The translations under genes were made by a program, and so were the position numbers. A stretch of 64,000 nucleotides of DNA from positions 151,577,011-151,641,010 of the forward strand of contig NC_068981.1 of assembly GCF_001194135.2 (NCBI RefSeq), written 5' to 3'. Shown one piece after another: positions 49,371-63,610 of this stretch. The stretch comes from Octopus bimaculoides (taxonomy: Eukaryota). The stretch's first letter is position 1, and every line of letters begins with the position of its first letter. The notes under the pieces were generated by a model. The model was given only the letters and a program-made list of their open reading frames with translations. It ran no database searches and had not been told where the DNA came from.

Positions 49371-50269
49371 GATGGCCCTTCTTCATTTTCACTGTTACAA
49401 TCAGAGTTTTTTCGCAACTGCTGTCTGTCTTAAACTGAGGTTTGGTAATGTTTGTCACCAACGTCATCACCACCATTATCTTTCGACATTTGAAAGTTTC
49501 AAGCAACTTTCTATTGCATCATTTGTCGCACCTTTATGCTGGTGGGGTGGTGTGTGCTGCATATTTTGTGGGGGTAGGGGGATATTGTATTCCATCTCAG
49601 AAAACTGAAAGATTTTCCTTATATGGAGTACATATATACAAAAAAACAGATTCCCCCAGATGATCCGTTACAGAAACATGTGCGTAAAAATGTAAACATA
49701 TATCTATACGAAAACTGCAAACCTATGAGCAAAATTTTAAATTTTACATTTTAACTTCATATACATCCATATTTATACAAGACCTCTATATATATGCACA
49801 TTCTCGGTCTCTCGCTGATACATCAATAATAATTATAATTATAACTACGAAAGAAACATCAACACATGCCCATAGGTGGTGTTCAGTTAAAAATAAACGC
49901 TGCAAAAATGGAACCCATAACAAAACCAACCAAAAGAGAATGAACGGTGGACTGTTAATCGCAAGTACTATGAAATAGTCGATTTATGATTTGCACACAT
50001 TACTATGCAACACGCCGACCCCACACCCGCCAAAAAACATACAATAATAAACTCATACTGTAAATACTCAACAAAATGAGCAAATCCCGCAGCCAGTGCC
50101 ATAGAAGACCGATAACCGACAGAAGAACACAAACTGCTTTGTTCAAACAAAACACAATACAAAAACTAATACAACAGAAGACTCAAACCAAACCCATAAC
50201 ATTGTTGTTGTTGTTGTTGTTTTCGTCATTGTTGTTGTCGTCGTCGTTGTTGTTGTTGTTGCTTTTGTT

Positions 50270-50660
50270 AAGGCGGTGAGCTGTGAGGATCGTTAGTACG
50301 CAGGGCAAAATGCTTAGCAGTATTTCGCCCGTCTTTCGTTCTTAGTCCAAATTACTTCGAGGTCAATTTTGCCTTTCATTAGTCGGGGATCGATAAAATA
50401 AGTACCAGTTGAATACTAGGTAATTGATATACTACCTCCCCTGGTATTTGAAATCATTATTATTGTTATTATTGAGTCGGCGAGCTGGCAGAATTGGTAG
50501 CATGCCAGAAAAAAAAAAGGCTTAGCAACTTTCCGTCCGTCTGTACGCTCTGCGCTTCAATCCCATCGTGGTTGAATTTGTTATTCATCGGGCTTGATAG
50601 AGTAAGTATTAGTTGAGCACTGTGCTCGATGTAATCGACTATCCTCTCTCGCAAGATTTC
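50270..50660 (+). mobile_element. Two tandem degenerate family-A SINEs separated by (ATT)n
   Basis: Heads aaggcggtgagctgtgaggatcgttag (50271) and ggcgagctggcagaattggtag (50478). Confidence 0.8.
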
Positions 50661-51429
50661 ACGCTGTGTGCTTGTAATAGTATGGATTATTGTTATTATT
50701 ATTGGTATTGTTGTGACTGCTATCGTTTTTTCTTTGTCGTAATCATTGCTATTGTTGTCATTGTTGTCATTGTTGTCATCGTTGCTGTCGTTGTCATTAT
50801 CCTCCCCCTCATCCGTCTTCACCATCATCTTCATTTTCATTATCGTTTTCGGATCCAGTTGCATCAGTCAAACACTTTGCTCACTTTTGAAATTTATCTA
50901 TATTTCCCTTTCACTTTCTCTATGGAAATTTGAAATTGTACTTGTTAAGTGTGTTCAAAACATTCTACAGGAAAAAACGAAGGTTAAACACTCCCAGAGT
51001 CTTCCTTAATTAGAGAAGGCACAGGGAATTTCCTTCCCCGTTTGTCTGCTGTTACAGTTTAACCATTTCATATAAAAATGCCAAGCGATGACATTTGAAG
51101 TGAAAGGAGCGATAGGAAGCAGACATCACAAGTGATAGTTGTTGCTCAGACCCTGCTACATGTTTCAAAATGTTTTCTAATCAAAGGAAAAATAATTATT
51201 TCGTCCGAAACTTTTAAAAGAAATATTGCATCATCATCATCATCACCACCAGCTACTATAAAGCTATCATAAACAGCAATAACAACATGCCAATAACAAC
51301 AGGAAGGCAAAAATAAAGACTAGTAATAATACCCATTGCATTAATTTAAATGAAAGATTTTTGCCCCTGTTATTCTCAATGGATAGCAACAAAATAACAA
51401 CAAATGAAACAGCAATGATGATAACATTG

Positions 51430-51950
51430 GCACCAACCAGGTTTCCAGAATAGCCCCCACTTTGGAGGAGCCAGGAACACCAAAATCAATATTTTCTACA
51501 TTTTCCACCACTACTGGCACCAGGCTTTACGAAGAAATATCGGCTTGAAGTCTATAAATAATGTCTCGAAACTTCTGGCCTGCCATTGTTCCAGAGCTCA
51601 TTGGCAGTTAGAGATAATCTATACAAGCACGGTAATGCCACAAATCAGATCTGTCCAAGTGCGACGTTGACCGATGTCATCGTCGTTCTGCACGCGATTG
51701 TTTGATGGGCAATCATTTTCTAACTTGTGAAGACTTGTCGACTAATTGTTGTCGCATGAGAATGTGTTTGGCTAGAGACTGAGTTCATTCTGAAAACGAC
51801 CCACTACCTTCCTCTGACCGGGAATGAAAGAATTTTTTTCTTTTTGTTCGATGGCTACAGTGAAAGAGGTTGTTTGGTGGGCGCAACTAAAAGGGCTGAA
51901 AAGAATACTTTCTTTGAGGATTTTTTCAAATTTGAATTGGAAACGTTTTA
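51430..51950 (+). mobile_element. Tx1/L1-like ORF2 C-terminal fragment (zinc-finger region), degenerate
   Basis: LAVRDNLYKHGNATNQICP and ATVKEVVWWAQLKGL. Confidence 0.6.
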
Positions 51951-52329
51951 GATAATTAAAATTATTTTTTTATGGAATAACGAAAGTTATTCCCACGGAT
52001 ATAACCCCGAGCATAAAATAGTAAGAAAACAAAAATACTTAGGTTTGGTATCACAGACAATTAAAGCAGAAAGAGGATCAATATAAACATGTCAAATGAA
52101 ATAATATATTCTGCAGCCTTTCAGTTTACAATGAAAAGGGGGGTATTTCTGCAGTTGTACTTGTATAAGAATATCAAATATTGAAGCAAACAAGATAAGT
52201 AAAAATAAAAAAATATGAAATAAGAAAAAAAGATATTTCAAATCGAAATGAAATTAATAACGAAATGATTCAATTATTAAAAAAAAAATGAGAGACAAAT
52301 ACTAAATAAAAACAGAATAACAAAAACAG

Positions 52330-53960
52330 TAAGTAACCGAAAGCAAAGAATTCCTAAAACAAGAGATCCTCACTAAATTATAAAGAAAATTAACAATAAT
52401 AGTCTTTTTCTACAGGAAAAACAGTACGGCATCTACGCAAAGAGTTTAAAGGTAAAAATATAATAGAAATGAGTACAACATCAACACAAGGGAGTTAGAA
52501 GAGTTTTAGAGAGAAGTATGAACGGCAAAGTAGTCTCAACAGTTGACTGCTTATAAGATTAGGGCTTGGACAATCGTAGAAAGTTACATTACGATATGAA
52601 GTAGTCCATATCCTAGAAAGAACGGAACACTGGAAGACACCCACCAGTAAACATTAAGATTCCGAATTTCTGGTTAAAATATTTAACAGAGTCACATATG
52701 GAGGTCGGTGCGATATCTAATATGTAGAAGTAATTGGTGGAGACATTGACTGGTTTACTGAGTGACTAAAAATTAAGAGCACTAACAGTGATAAGAAAAT
52801 CAAAGAAATTCACAAATACTTGGAAATCAATAGATGAAACAGACTTTAGCACACACAAACGAAAGAAATGTTTACAGATGGATTAGATTAATACTCAAAA
52901 CAGAATTAAATGCAAAAATCTAAGTAGTTGGCAACAAAACTCAGTAATACGTTCCATTCTTAACGTATTGCAAAATGAAACACCAAAAGTAGACAAAACA
53001 ATTTCACATAAAAAAATTACATTTTGCATGGAGACATGTATATTGCAACTAAAAGACTTTTATAAAATATCTACTGTGTGATTATAGAAATATCAAGTAA
53101 AAAGAAAAGCAATAGAAACCTAATGCAAATAACGCAAAAATATTATTTTCTGTCCTCGAAGAAGCCAACAGATACAAAACGAACTGAAATGTAAGACAGT
53201 TGTCAGGATAAAAGAGAAACAAAAGAAATTGTAAAAAGAATATAACAAAGATTATAACTAAGTTCAAAAGGCGCTACAAAAGACCAGGCTAAAATGAAGG
53301 CAAGGAATGTCTCTACATAGCCTGTACCTAAAAAGGTTGACCAAGACAGAGGCACAGAAAAACAAATCGTAAAATCGGTAAAGTGTAGGACTAAATCTTG
53401 AGACTGAAAGCGACAAATTCGTCGCATTAGAATCCACTAAGAAGTTATAATGAACAGAACACATCATGTAACAGGTCATTTGGACGTTGGAAAGGAACTA
53501 AATTCAAGAACCCTGGTTTCTCAGTTGTTGATAGGAAAGAATGCATTTAAAATTATGACAGGTTTAGGGTTTTCATATTCTGGAATTTATGTCAGCATCA
53601 TGTTATAATAAGTGAAAATATGTGGTTTCAACATAGTCCAGAATAGGTCTCAGATAATTGAAAAGCGACCGCTCCTTGGAATATATCAATACACACAGAC
53701 AAAGAGATCAAGGCTGATCGCGGATATTTTTCTCAAAGACTAGGGAAGGGATTGCCCCACTAATCGATCACACTTAACAGACGATAATATACCTCTCATA
53801 GAACTTGCAAACTCCCACAAGTTTATATGTACGACAAATACTGGTCAGCTATGAGAAACGAGAAAATATTTTACAAAGTATACTGGCATCACCCAAAGAA
53901 TCAAAGATATACTGCGTAAAATTTTAGTTAAGATCACATCATCAAGTGGAAAAGAAGTAG
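52330..53960 (+). mobile_element. Very old R4/Dong-like fossil
   Basis: Scattered motifs WKTP..IPNFWLKYL, YDRF..IFWNLC, WFQHSPE, WNISIHTDKEIKADR; followed by an (AAC)/(AAT)/(GAT)n array at about 54140-54265. Confidence 0.55.
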
Positions 53961-54142
53961 GCAAAGTAACTGCGACAGTGAAAAATTTACTTCAACATTG
54001 ACACAAAAAAAAATATCAGCTGATATACCAAGCGGTAATCTTCACTTGATGTATAAATGTGAATGTCGAAGCAAATTTAAATTCGTCAAATAAAATTTGA
54101 GCGGATAACTTTATTACTTGACAGAAAAGAAAAGAGTCTTTT

Positions 54143-54181
<39 letters not shown>

Positions 54182-56811
54182 AATAACAATTATAATAATA
54201 AAATAATAATTATAATAATATTAATAATAATGATGGTGATGATGATGATGATGATGATGATGATGGTAACAGAAGCATTTCCAAAGAGAATATTTCAAAG
54301 AAAATGCAGAACAAAAAATTACAAAAAAATCTAACAAGGATTTTAAGTCAAATGTTTATAATAGATGAATAATTTCAAAATAGTTTAGTGTTTCTTGATT
54401 TCACAGAGCTAGAGATTATTTCATAATAACACAATGAAAATGCGCCTTTTACTTAAAAACAGCCAGCTGTACGTATTCACTCTCTGTGTATGACCACGCT
54501 AAAACCAGTGAAGAATCAAATAAACTACAAATACACTAAAATAAATCGAATCAGTGTATATTGCAAATTGCATAGGAAAATACTAGACTCTGAGTAAAAC
54601 AACTATGACTGACAGAAGCGAAAGGAAGAAAAATATTGGCAGCTTCAAGACTTCGTCCTAATATGTGCGAAAGAGTTTGCTCTGCTAAAGTTACCAAAGA
54701 GACATGTAATAGCATTGAATCGGGTATCGAATTGCGTTTATTATGTAGGTACTAAGAATACAATGTGTAAATGGACATGGCATACGTTTAGAAACAAGAA
54801 ACCGTGTTCAGCGACCTAATGTCATTCAGTATATATATATATATATATATNNNNNNNNNNNNNNNNNNNNNNNNNNNNNNNNNNNNNNNNNNNNNNNNNN
54901 NNNNNNNNNNNNNNNNNNNNNNNNNNNNNNNNNNNNNNATAATATAGTAGCCATCAGTAGGACTAAGAAATCAGGAAGGCTTCTATTAATTAAATTTGGG
55001 GGGCAGGGGTGATTATAATTTATTATCTCGTTTCGAGGGATAGGCTAAAACAGGATTGTGGTGTTTCTTTTTTGAAAAGCTCTGGTTCTCGAAAGGACAA
55101 TTTTTTAGGACCCTAGTGGTGTGCCACTGGTCCTAGATGTAAAAAGCAGTCGAAGGTGATCTTGATCGGTTAATTTTCAAGCATCTAATAAAATGCCTGA
55201 GAACATCTCGATTATTAGTTTGTGGATAATTTGAATAACATTTTCGATACACTTTATAACTGTATTTGGTGCAGGAACTGAGATGGACACGCCCTGCCGC
55301 TGTTCTTTCCTAGATGTGGAAATCCTGTGCCAAGCTGTTGACTGAAGTTGAGAAGCGGTTGGTAGTGAAAGATTGCATGAGGAGGGAGAGTGCTTGTTTG
55401 GGCGCTTAAAACTTCTTAGTGTACGTGTCGGACACATTCATTATATGCTTGCTAAAATCTATCATAATTATAGTTAATAATAATGAATAACAACAGATGT
55501 TGCACACGTTGTTGCTGTTGTTTTAGCTTTGGTCAACTGATTGTACCTATGATGAAATGCATTCTAGCCATGGCCAACTCACCCGTTTCCCAATCATTGC
55601 ATATCTGGAGTTGTAATACCCAATGTTTTCTTTCTTTTGAAAATGGCAAGGCATAATTTACGGGAAATTTGGCTGCTATTTCTAGCAGATAGGGCGTACC
55701 TCGGCTCGTTGCATTTTATATTCCTTTTAGTGGACATTTTTTCAATATTTCTAACAATTATTTTTTTTAGTATTCGAAACTCCCTCTAGCAAATTCTTCT
55801 AAATTATATTCACAGTAATACTGAGAATAATTTTGTTTTTTTTAGCACCGCTGCTATGTTGGTTCTCAAAAACTATTAAAACGACTTGTAGATACTGGAG
55901 AGATTCCCATTAGCATACACTACAATGATGCAGGTTCAAGGGGAGCATCCAGTAACTAGAAAACTGATGCTGAAGACGAGCAACGCTAATGTTACTTGCA
56001 GAAAGTTCTCATGCGCTTACGCGAATGCGAATAATGTTGTTATGTTCTTTAATTTTTCCTAAGTTTTCAAGTACGGAATGACACAAGTGAATAGCTTATG
56101 AAAGTGATTCTCAGATAGCTCTGACTAAACAGGGACTGTACAAGCTCTCCCTGAAAAAAGGAAGAAAATTTATACCTATGAATATACTCGTATAACTTTA
56201 GTGCTTACCATTGAAATATTAAATAAGTAGATCGGTAATTGAGTCAGAATGTTTAATGATTTTGTAACGAGACAAATTCTTATATACAGAATGGTATTGA
56301 AGAGTTTGGCAAGGATAATTTATAACTCTTGAGCGCAATATGGTTATGGAAAAGATTCCATCAGCACAGATCGGTTGGTTAATCTGGCACGATCGGATGA
56401 GCTTTGACATGTGTAAACACTGTTTTTGAGGATGTATGCAGTACATACAGTTCTAAACAAAACGGGCAACAAATATGGAAGATCGTTGTGGGGGTGCTAC
56501 AGAAGAGGTGGATGAGAGGGTTTAAGTTATCTGAGAGCCTTGTAGAAGGAGACCAAAATACTTTATTAGAATTTGGTATGTAGGAAAGGAAGTTGTAGAC
56601 TGTACAAAGCATAGATACATCTTTTGCCTTTCTAGTAGAATAGTAATTAGTCAAGCACTGCAAAATTGGGCATAAATCACTTACTTGCTAGTAGTGTTTT
56701 ACTTCTCCCGGTAGCACAGTTAGGGATGAATTATTTTCTTTTACACTTGCTAGATAACCAGCGGGTGTGATGCCTAGGTAATGATTTTCATCATCTGCTT
56801 AGCTCTTTCAG

Positions 56812-56907
56812 ATGGAACAGAAAAATTTATAGACAATTGTAGTTACAAGAGAACTGGTGCGTCTCTTAATCTAAAGTACCGGAATGTTCAAATAACTAGC
56901 ATGTATG
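56812..56907 (+). CDS. Candidate exon (DGTEKFIDNCSYKRTGASLNLKYRNVQITSMY, phase 1-1)
   Basis: Acceptor ctgcttagctctttcag, donor G|gtagga, 96 nt open. Confidence 0.35.
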
Positions 56908-57545
56908 GTAGGAAATTTTCGTGATATATGGTATTGTTTTGACAATAAACTCAACCACTCGCTAAGATCATAGATGGTGACGAGTGAAAAAAACAATTAT
57001 AGAAACAGACTAATTTCCTCTTTATTTCCTCTTCCTTCTTTGCATATTTGCATCTTAGCTGAAACCTAGATTTTTTACACCGTATATTCATTACAATTAT
57101 GCTGTAGCGATATTGTTGCTGTTTCATATATACTCTTCGGTGTATCTTCGGATTCTAATTGCGATTTTGATTTAAGTTTAAATAAGGAACTTAGGTTATT
57201 CGTTGTAACTAGATATAGTTTGATTCCAGAGTCTGTTGCGGTGCTTCAAATTAATATACATCAGTCTTAGTATTTCAGTAAGATTTTTGCACCCGAGAGT
57301 TACAAATTGTTCCAATATCTTCAATTGATTTCAAACTCTCAGAATATCTTAAGATATCGCCTCTTAATACTTACAAATTATCATCGACTTTCCATTTTTC
57401 TTGCAATCTTTACAATTTGCGTATCATTCTGGCCAATCACCCTATCCTAAGCATCATTTTCGCTGCTACATGACTATGTCAATATAGATATTATTTTTTA
57501 AAGTTTTCTTCTGTAAATTAACCTACTTATTTTGTTTCATTTCAG

Positions 57546-57559
57546 GTTCTCTCTACTAA
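57546..57559 (+). CDS. Possible terminal coding segment (GSLY*)
   Basis: Strong acceptor tattttgtttcatttcag; in-phase stop at 57557-57559. Confidence 0.2.
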
Positions 57560-58874
57560 TCTACTATAACCATAATGAGCTCATGAATATATAACGTGGT
57601 TTGATTTTTTTTTAAATTGTTAATAATTTAAACCCAAATTGTTTCCTTAACATTTCCTTCATCAGCCTCCATTTTACCGATTTATTTATAACACTTTCTC
57701 TTTTGTTGCCTGTAATACTTCGTTATCTGGTAATAGTATCGCATCACTTTTTTTCTATTTTCTCTCTTTTAATTAACACTATACTGCGTAACGTAATCCA
57801 GAAGTTCATCCCGTCTTAATTAAATCCATGAATGTTTTTATTAAAGATCTATTTGATCTTAGTTCTTAGCAACAACGTCAATGATCTGTTACTTGATTTT
57901 TTTTTCTTACGTCTATCCTTTACATGCGTAGTACCATTGCTGACAGCAACATATATATCATAAAAGCAATGGAGACATGGTTGGAAAATCTCTATATTGT
58001 TCTTAATTCTTGGTAAATATTCATCAGTTTGATTTCGGAAGATTTCTGGTACTTTCCTACGTGTTTTATTACAATGCCTACTATAACCATTCTATATTAG
58101 CATTTCTTACTAAATATTCAATCATCCTGGAATGTAACGCCATATCATACAACATTTAATAACTGTTTTTCATGTAGCTAACTATAATAATTTATATAAT
58201 CTGAGTATTAGTAGTCAATTCGTAGATTCCATATTAGCAACTGAACGCTCCTGCTGTTCTGTTGGTATTATGAACTATATTTCCATTTACACCGAGTTTT
58301 CTGTTTAAATGCCTAATTATACGATCGACTATATGATTAAATTAATCATCACATGCCAAATGAGTAAAGCTTGTCTTTCTCTACCCTACTGTGATTTTGC
58401 TAAGAACGTTTTTGTTATGCTCTGAGCTCAGATTATATGTACTCTCCATGCTTGTGCAATACTGCATTTCTTCCAATGAAATCACAGCATGACAGGAAAG
58501 TGTGACGAAAATAGTGACAGTAAAATGAGAAAAAAGAGGAAGCTGTAAAATAAGGGGATTATATGTTTTATTAATCTTAGCGATTACAAATTAACCTACT
58601 TCGTAAACCTGTCAGAGTAAATGACGCCAAGCTTTGCGAATAACAACACAATAACAGCGTTTGCAATGGCAGTAACTATATAGGGAGACATCTGACATAT
58701 GTCTTCAAATAGCATTTAGAAAGGTGTGTATGGATAGAATGAAAAGTCTAAAATAATATTAGAATTCTCTAAAAAATATATCGCAAATAGTTTCCTGTAA
58801 ACTCGAACCTATCATTAATCTAAAAAGCAATATCCTACCCACGGAAATTACCATCCGGACAATCTCCTTTTACC

Positions 58875-59054
58875 CTTTTACCCTTTTACTTGTTTCAGTC
58901 ATTTGACTACGGCCATGCTGGAGCACAGCCTTTAGTCGAGCAAATCGACCCCAGGACTTATTCTATCGGTCTCTTTTTGCCGAACCGCTAAGTTACGGGG
59001 ACGTAAACACACCAGCATCGGTTGTCAAGCGATGGTGGGGGGGACAAACACAGA

Positions 59055-59088
<34 letters not shown>

Positions 59089-59108
59089 NNNNNNNNNNNN
59101 NNNNNNNN

Positions 59109-59150
<42 letters not shown>

Positions 59151-59308
59151 CGACGGACTTCTTTCAGTTACCGTCTACCAAATCCACTCACAAGGCTTTG
59201 GTCGGCCGAGGCTATAGTAGAAGACACTTGCCCAAGGTGCCACGCAGAGGGACTGAACCCGGAACCATGTGGTTTGTAAGCAAGCTACTTACCACACAGC
59301 CACTCCTA
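58875..59308 (-). mobile_element. SINE family B, full-length, with internal (CA)n/(TA)n and a gap
   Basis: Head agtggctgtgtggtaagtagcttgcttac..ggttccgggttcagtccc..ggcaccttgggcaagtgtcttc; tail aatgactgaaacaagtaaaag. Confidence 0.9.
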
Positions 59309-59919
59309 AAGATATACTTGAAATTGCAGAGGAATTCACATATTATAGTAATCCTGTCTGAAATAGTTTACATGTTTAGCTTAAGTAGTACAGCGATATA
59401 TGATAAGTTACTATACTTTCTTTCTACAGTAAAGCCTATCATTACTGTTAAGCATCTCATTATAAAGCGATAAGATCTGGACACTATACGCTCAACATGT
59501 GAGGCACCTTTATTTCCCCTTTTACAGTTTCGGAATTTTTTTATTTCGATTCAGATAACCATAATTTATATAATCTGTCTAACAGTAATTAATTCTTGAC
59601 TTTCTTTGTACTCGTTAGCAATTATCGGTAGGTTTTTGTCTACTTACTCCAGTAAGGAAATAAGGTTCGTTTTTTGTTTCTCCACCTTGAAGGAAAATCT
59701 CAATTAATTGAGAATGTTTTGCGTACATCATGTGGTACATTGCTCCTTAACTTATTTACCGAAGTTATTTTCCTTAAAGCATACAAAATAAAATTGGCGA
59801 AATTAATACCGAATATTTTTAATTTATGCAGTATTGCTTTGGTCAAATGACAGAATGCCTGTCATGTCTACAAATTGTGTGGGACTCGTGTCCGTTGGGC
59901 AGCTTTCCAATTTTCGGTA

Positions 59920-60065
59920 AAAGGCGGCGAGCTGGCAGAATCGTTAGCACGCCAGGGGAATTGCTTAACGTTATTTCGCCCGCCTTTACGTTCTAATTTC
60001 AAATTTCGCTGACATCGACTTAGTCTTTTATCCTTTCGGAGACGATAAAATAAATACCAATTGAA
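59920..60065 (+). mobile_element. Family-A SINE, 3'-truncated
   Basis: aaggcggcgagctggcagaatcgttagcacgcc..cctttcggagacgataaaataaatacca. Confidence 0.85.
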
Positions 60066-60140
60066 CAATGATGTGACAGATAGAAAGCAATCAAAGAGTG
60101 AGGGGAAGAAAAATGAATCAAAGAAGGAGGNNNNNNNNNN

Positions 60141-60215
<75 letters not shown>

Positions 60216-60243
60216 ATGTATATGCATATATGAGTACATGAGT

Positions 60244-60616
60244 TCACTAACTGTGTAAACAACATGAAATACAACAAATGAGTTATATACGCAAACAATG
60301 AGAGAAAAAATAGAAAACAGAAGTAAACACAGAGAACGACCCATTATCAGTTGTCGGCTGTCTATCTACTCCTCATTTCGAACATTCAACGACAATACGA
60401 ATCATCAAAGACAGTTGCACCCATAAATTCTAAAGTAAAATTTAGGATCTATGACGGCTCAAAATTGGAAACAAAAAAAAACAGGGAATTGGAGACGTAA
60501 AAGAAACCGAACGAAAATAAATATATATTTAGTTGTCCTGTTTTCAATTTTTCTCTTGTTGTTTGCGTATTTAACTCGTTTGTTTTCGTATTTCATGTTG
60601 CTTACACAGTTGGTGA
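60244..60616. mobile_element. Fold-back MITE-like element with ~75-bp imperfect TIRs
   Basis: cactaactgtgtaaacaacatgaaatac..gaaaacag versus ctgttttc..gtatttcatgttgcttacacagttggtg. Confidence 0.7.
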
Positions 60617-60799
60617 CGTCCTAGTAGAATAATTAAAAAAACAGTTCTTGGTACAGTATAATATATTTGAAAAAATGAGTAGCGATGGCTTTTGGTGGGA
60701 TCATCTTTATTTTAATGATAATGTTTACCAGTTATTATAATGAGTCTTGAGCTTTTCGATAGCCGTTTTCAAACTGAAATTCTGTGGATGAGAATGTTG

Positions 60800-61198
60800 T
60801 TTATATAGCAAAAGATTTTTTCTTACAAGTATACATATATAAAATAAAAATAGAGAATAAAAGATAAAAAATACAAAATAGAGTATAAAAACTAATATGA
60901 TAAATAATATAAAAAATAATAAAAGAATGCAAAAAGTAAATACAACAGCATGTGTGAAAAAAAGAAGGAGAGGAAAAGAGGAAAAAAAAGGAAAAAAGAA
61001 AACGAAAGAGCAAACTTTGGAAAAGTAGTTGAAAATGGTAGTGAAAGAGATTAGTCTATCAGGAATAAAGAAATGGAATATTTTTAGGATTGGTCAAAAA
61101 TGTTGTTGAGTTCTTGTCAAAAGATGACCTTTGTAAATCTTTTGATCTGAGGTCATTTTATCCATTTTTACAGTTGGTATGGTGTGCCCTTATTTAGT

Positions 61199-61237
<39 letters not shown>

Positions 61238-61470
61238 ACACACACAACCATACACTTACACACCTGCATCTACGTGTACACATATATGCACATACATTCG
61301 CACGCACACGCACACACACACACATTCATATGCAAATACATGTCTCCATGTGTATACATATACATAAATATCCATACGTACGCACACATATATATAAACA
61401 CGCACACCCACACACACATATATATATATATACATATATATACACGCATACACATATATTTACACATACA

Positions 61471-61529
<59 letters not shown>

Positions 61530-63603
61530 AACCATGCATATGTATTCACACATACACACATAACAGGGTGTACATCCACATAAACTTATATCCCTATATT
61601 TTTATGCAAATATACATACATACCTGCATACACATATATACATATATACATACACCTGTAGCGAACATTTTGAAAAATGTGGAAAAAGAAAATTCAAAAT
61701 ATTCTCTTTCTTGAAACTGTGGACAGAAAATGAAAATTTCTGTAAGGCCAAGGAAGAATATTTGGATCTATTTTAAAACGGGGGCGCCAGTTTTCATTTA
61801 TATTTTATGTAGTGTTTTTGGTACGGAAAGACTTTCAAACTTCGTATACTTATCTATTTTGTGTTATAGAACAGAAAAATATTTTTGTATTCGAATTTAT
61901 TTCATGTAAAAAATTGTCTTATTTCGATAATTTCTACTAACCACTGACGTCTATTCAGTTGAAAACAGTTAGCGTTGTAACGGTGTATATCGTATTAATC
62001 CCCTAACCCTAACACTAACCCTAACTAGACTGTTAACCGTAACCGTAACCGTAACCCTAACCCTAAAACTAACCCTAACTCGAGAATCCGAACTCTAAAA
62101 TTGTTACACACATAGATACGCACAGCGTAATTTATTATATAAACAATATATGCGTATAAATTACGATTAAACCGGATGAAATATGTCACAGGGAATAACA
62201 TTTTTATGACTGCCCAGCACTTAATGCATTCGGCTGAATGGACGTCAGTGATTGGTTGAAATTACAGAAATACGACAACTTTAACATGGAATAACTTACC
62301 AATTCCTTTTTTTTTTTGTTAAGAAGACTAAGAGTAAAAGATGTTTTATATGACACATTCTACCAGTGTCCCAAGTTTCAAAGTGTTTCGTTAAGAAAAT
62401 ACTGGCGCCCCCGTTTTAAAATAGATCCAAGACACCAAACAAACACTGCCTGAATAAGGAAAAGTAAATATAAATTGAATTGAACTGAAGTAGTTTCAGC
62501 TCACGAACTGTGACCATGTTGGGGTACCACTATTTGATTTTACGGCATGCATATTTTTTACTTCGCTAAAAACATTCTCTTAAAACTTTACATTTGATGT
62601 ATGAGAGAATCTGACACCTCTGCCTTCTCCTGCACTTCTTGCTATGAAGTTAAATTCATCTGGGACCCTTGAGAGGAAGAGATCTGATCCTGTGTTTTGT
62701 GACACTTATATCCACCTGATGTCAGTATACACTTTTTTTGTACTATCTTATGTACGCATGTGCATATATGTGTGGAAACATCTATAGGTGTGTGCATTTA
62801 TATATATATGCGTGCGCAGATATGTAAGTATGTATATTTACATTAAAAATATATAGGGATATAAATTTGTATAGATGTACTCCCTGTTATGTGTGTATAT
62901 GTGAACACATATGTATGTGTAATTATATGTATGTGCATGTGTGCACAAATATATGTATATGTGTGTGTGTGGGTGTGGGTGATTATGTGTGTGTATATGT
63001 ATGTATGTACGTATGATATTTATGTATATGTATACACATGGAGTCATGTGTATGTATATGAATGCGTGTGGGGTGTATGTGTATATATATGAGTACATAG
63101 ATGCAGGTGTGTAAGGTGTGTTTGTATGTGTGTGAATGTTTGTATAGACGCGTGTGTAGATGTGTGGATGTATATGTATGTATGTGTATGTGGATGTATG
63201 TATGTGTGTGTATGTGACTAAATAAGGGCACACCATACGAACTGTAAAAAATGAATAAAATCACCTCAAATCAAAGGATTCACAAAGGTCATCTGTTGAT
63301 AAGAACGTAACAACATTTTTAACCACTCCTAAAAATATTCCATTTCTTTATTCCTACTCTCTTTTCACTACCATTTTCGACTACTTTTTATCTTCTTATC
63401 TTCCACATTTTTCTTTTTCCTTTTTTCTTTTTTCTTCTTTTCTTCTTTCTTCCTTTTTTTTTCACGGATGCTATTCTATGTACTTTTTGTATTCTTTTAT
63501 TTTTTATTATTTTTATATTAGATTTAATATTCTTTATTTTGTATTATTTTCTATTTTTATTTTTTATTTGTATACATGTAAAAAAATCCTTTGGTATATA
63601 AAA
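60800..63603. repeat. Inverted segmental duplication: arms about 60800-61660 and 62783-63603
   Basis: Unique anchors such as ggtgtgcccttatttagtcacatac (61181) / gtatgtgactaaataagggcacacc (63212) and the ORF pair 61179+ / 63236- with identical starts. Confidence 0.9.
61762..62430. mobile_element. Non-autonomous DNA transposon with perfect 30-bp TIRs and internal (CCCTAA)-like repeats
   Basis: ttggatctattttaaaacgggggcgccagt and its exact reverse complement at 62401-62430; no TSD recognised. Confidence 0.85.
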
Positions 63604-63610
63604 AAAACCC

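Noticed and set aside
49300-49385. HDV-like ribozyme at the 5' end of the R4-like element
   Set aside because: P1-like and L3-like segments exist, but P1.1 GG, the P2 partner and correct spacing are missing.
52415-52450. 36-nt exon-like segment with good AG/GT sites
   Set aside because: Lies within the old R4/Dong fossil and is explained by it.
56754-56777. 24-nt exon with strong splice sites
   Set aside because: Stops in all frames and only 34 nt from the next acceptor.
56200-58400. Very old CR1-like and RTE-like traces on the minus strand
   Set aside because: Only isolated 3-4 residue motifs; too weak to list as features.
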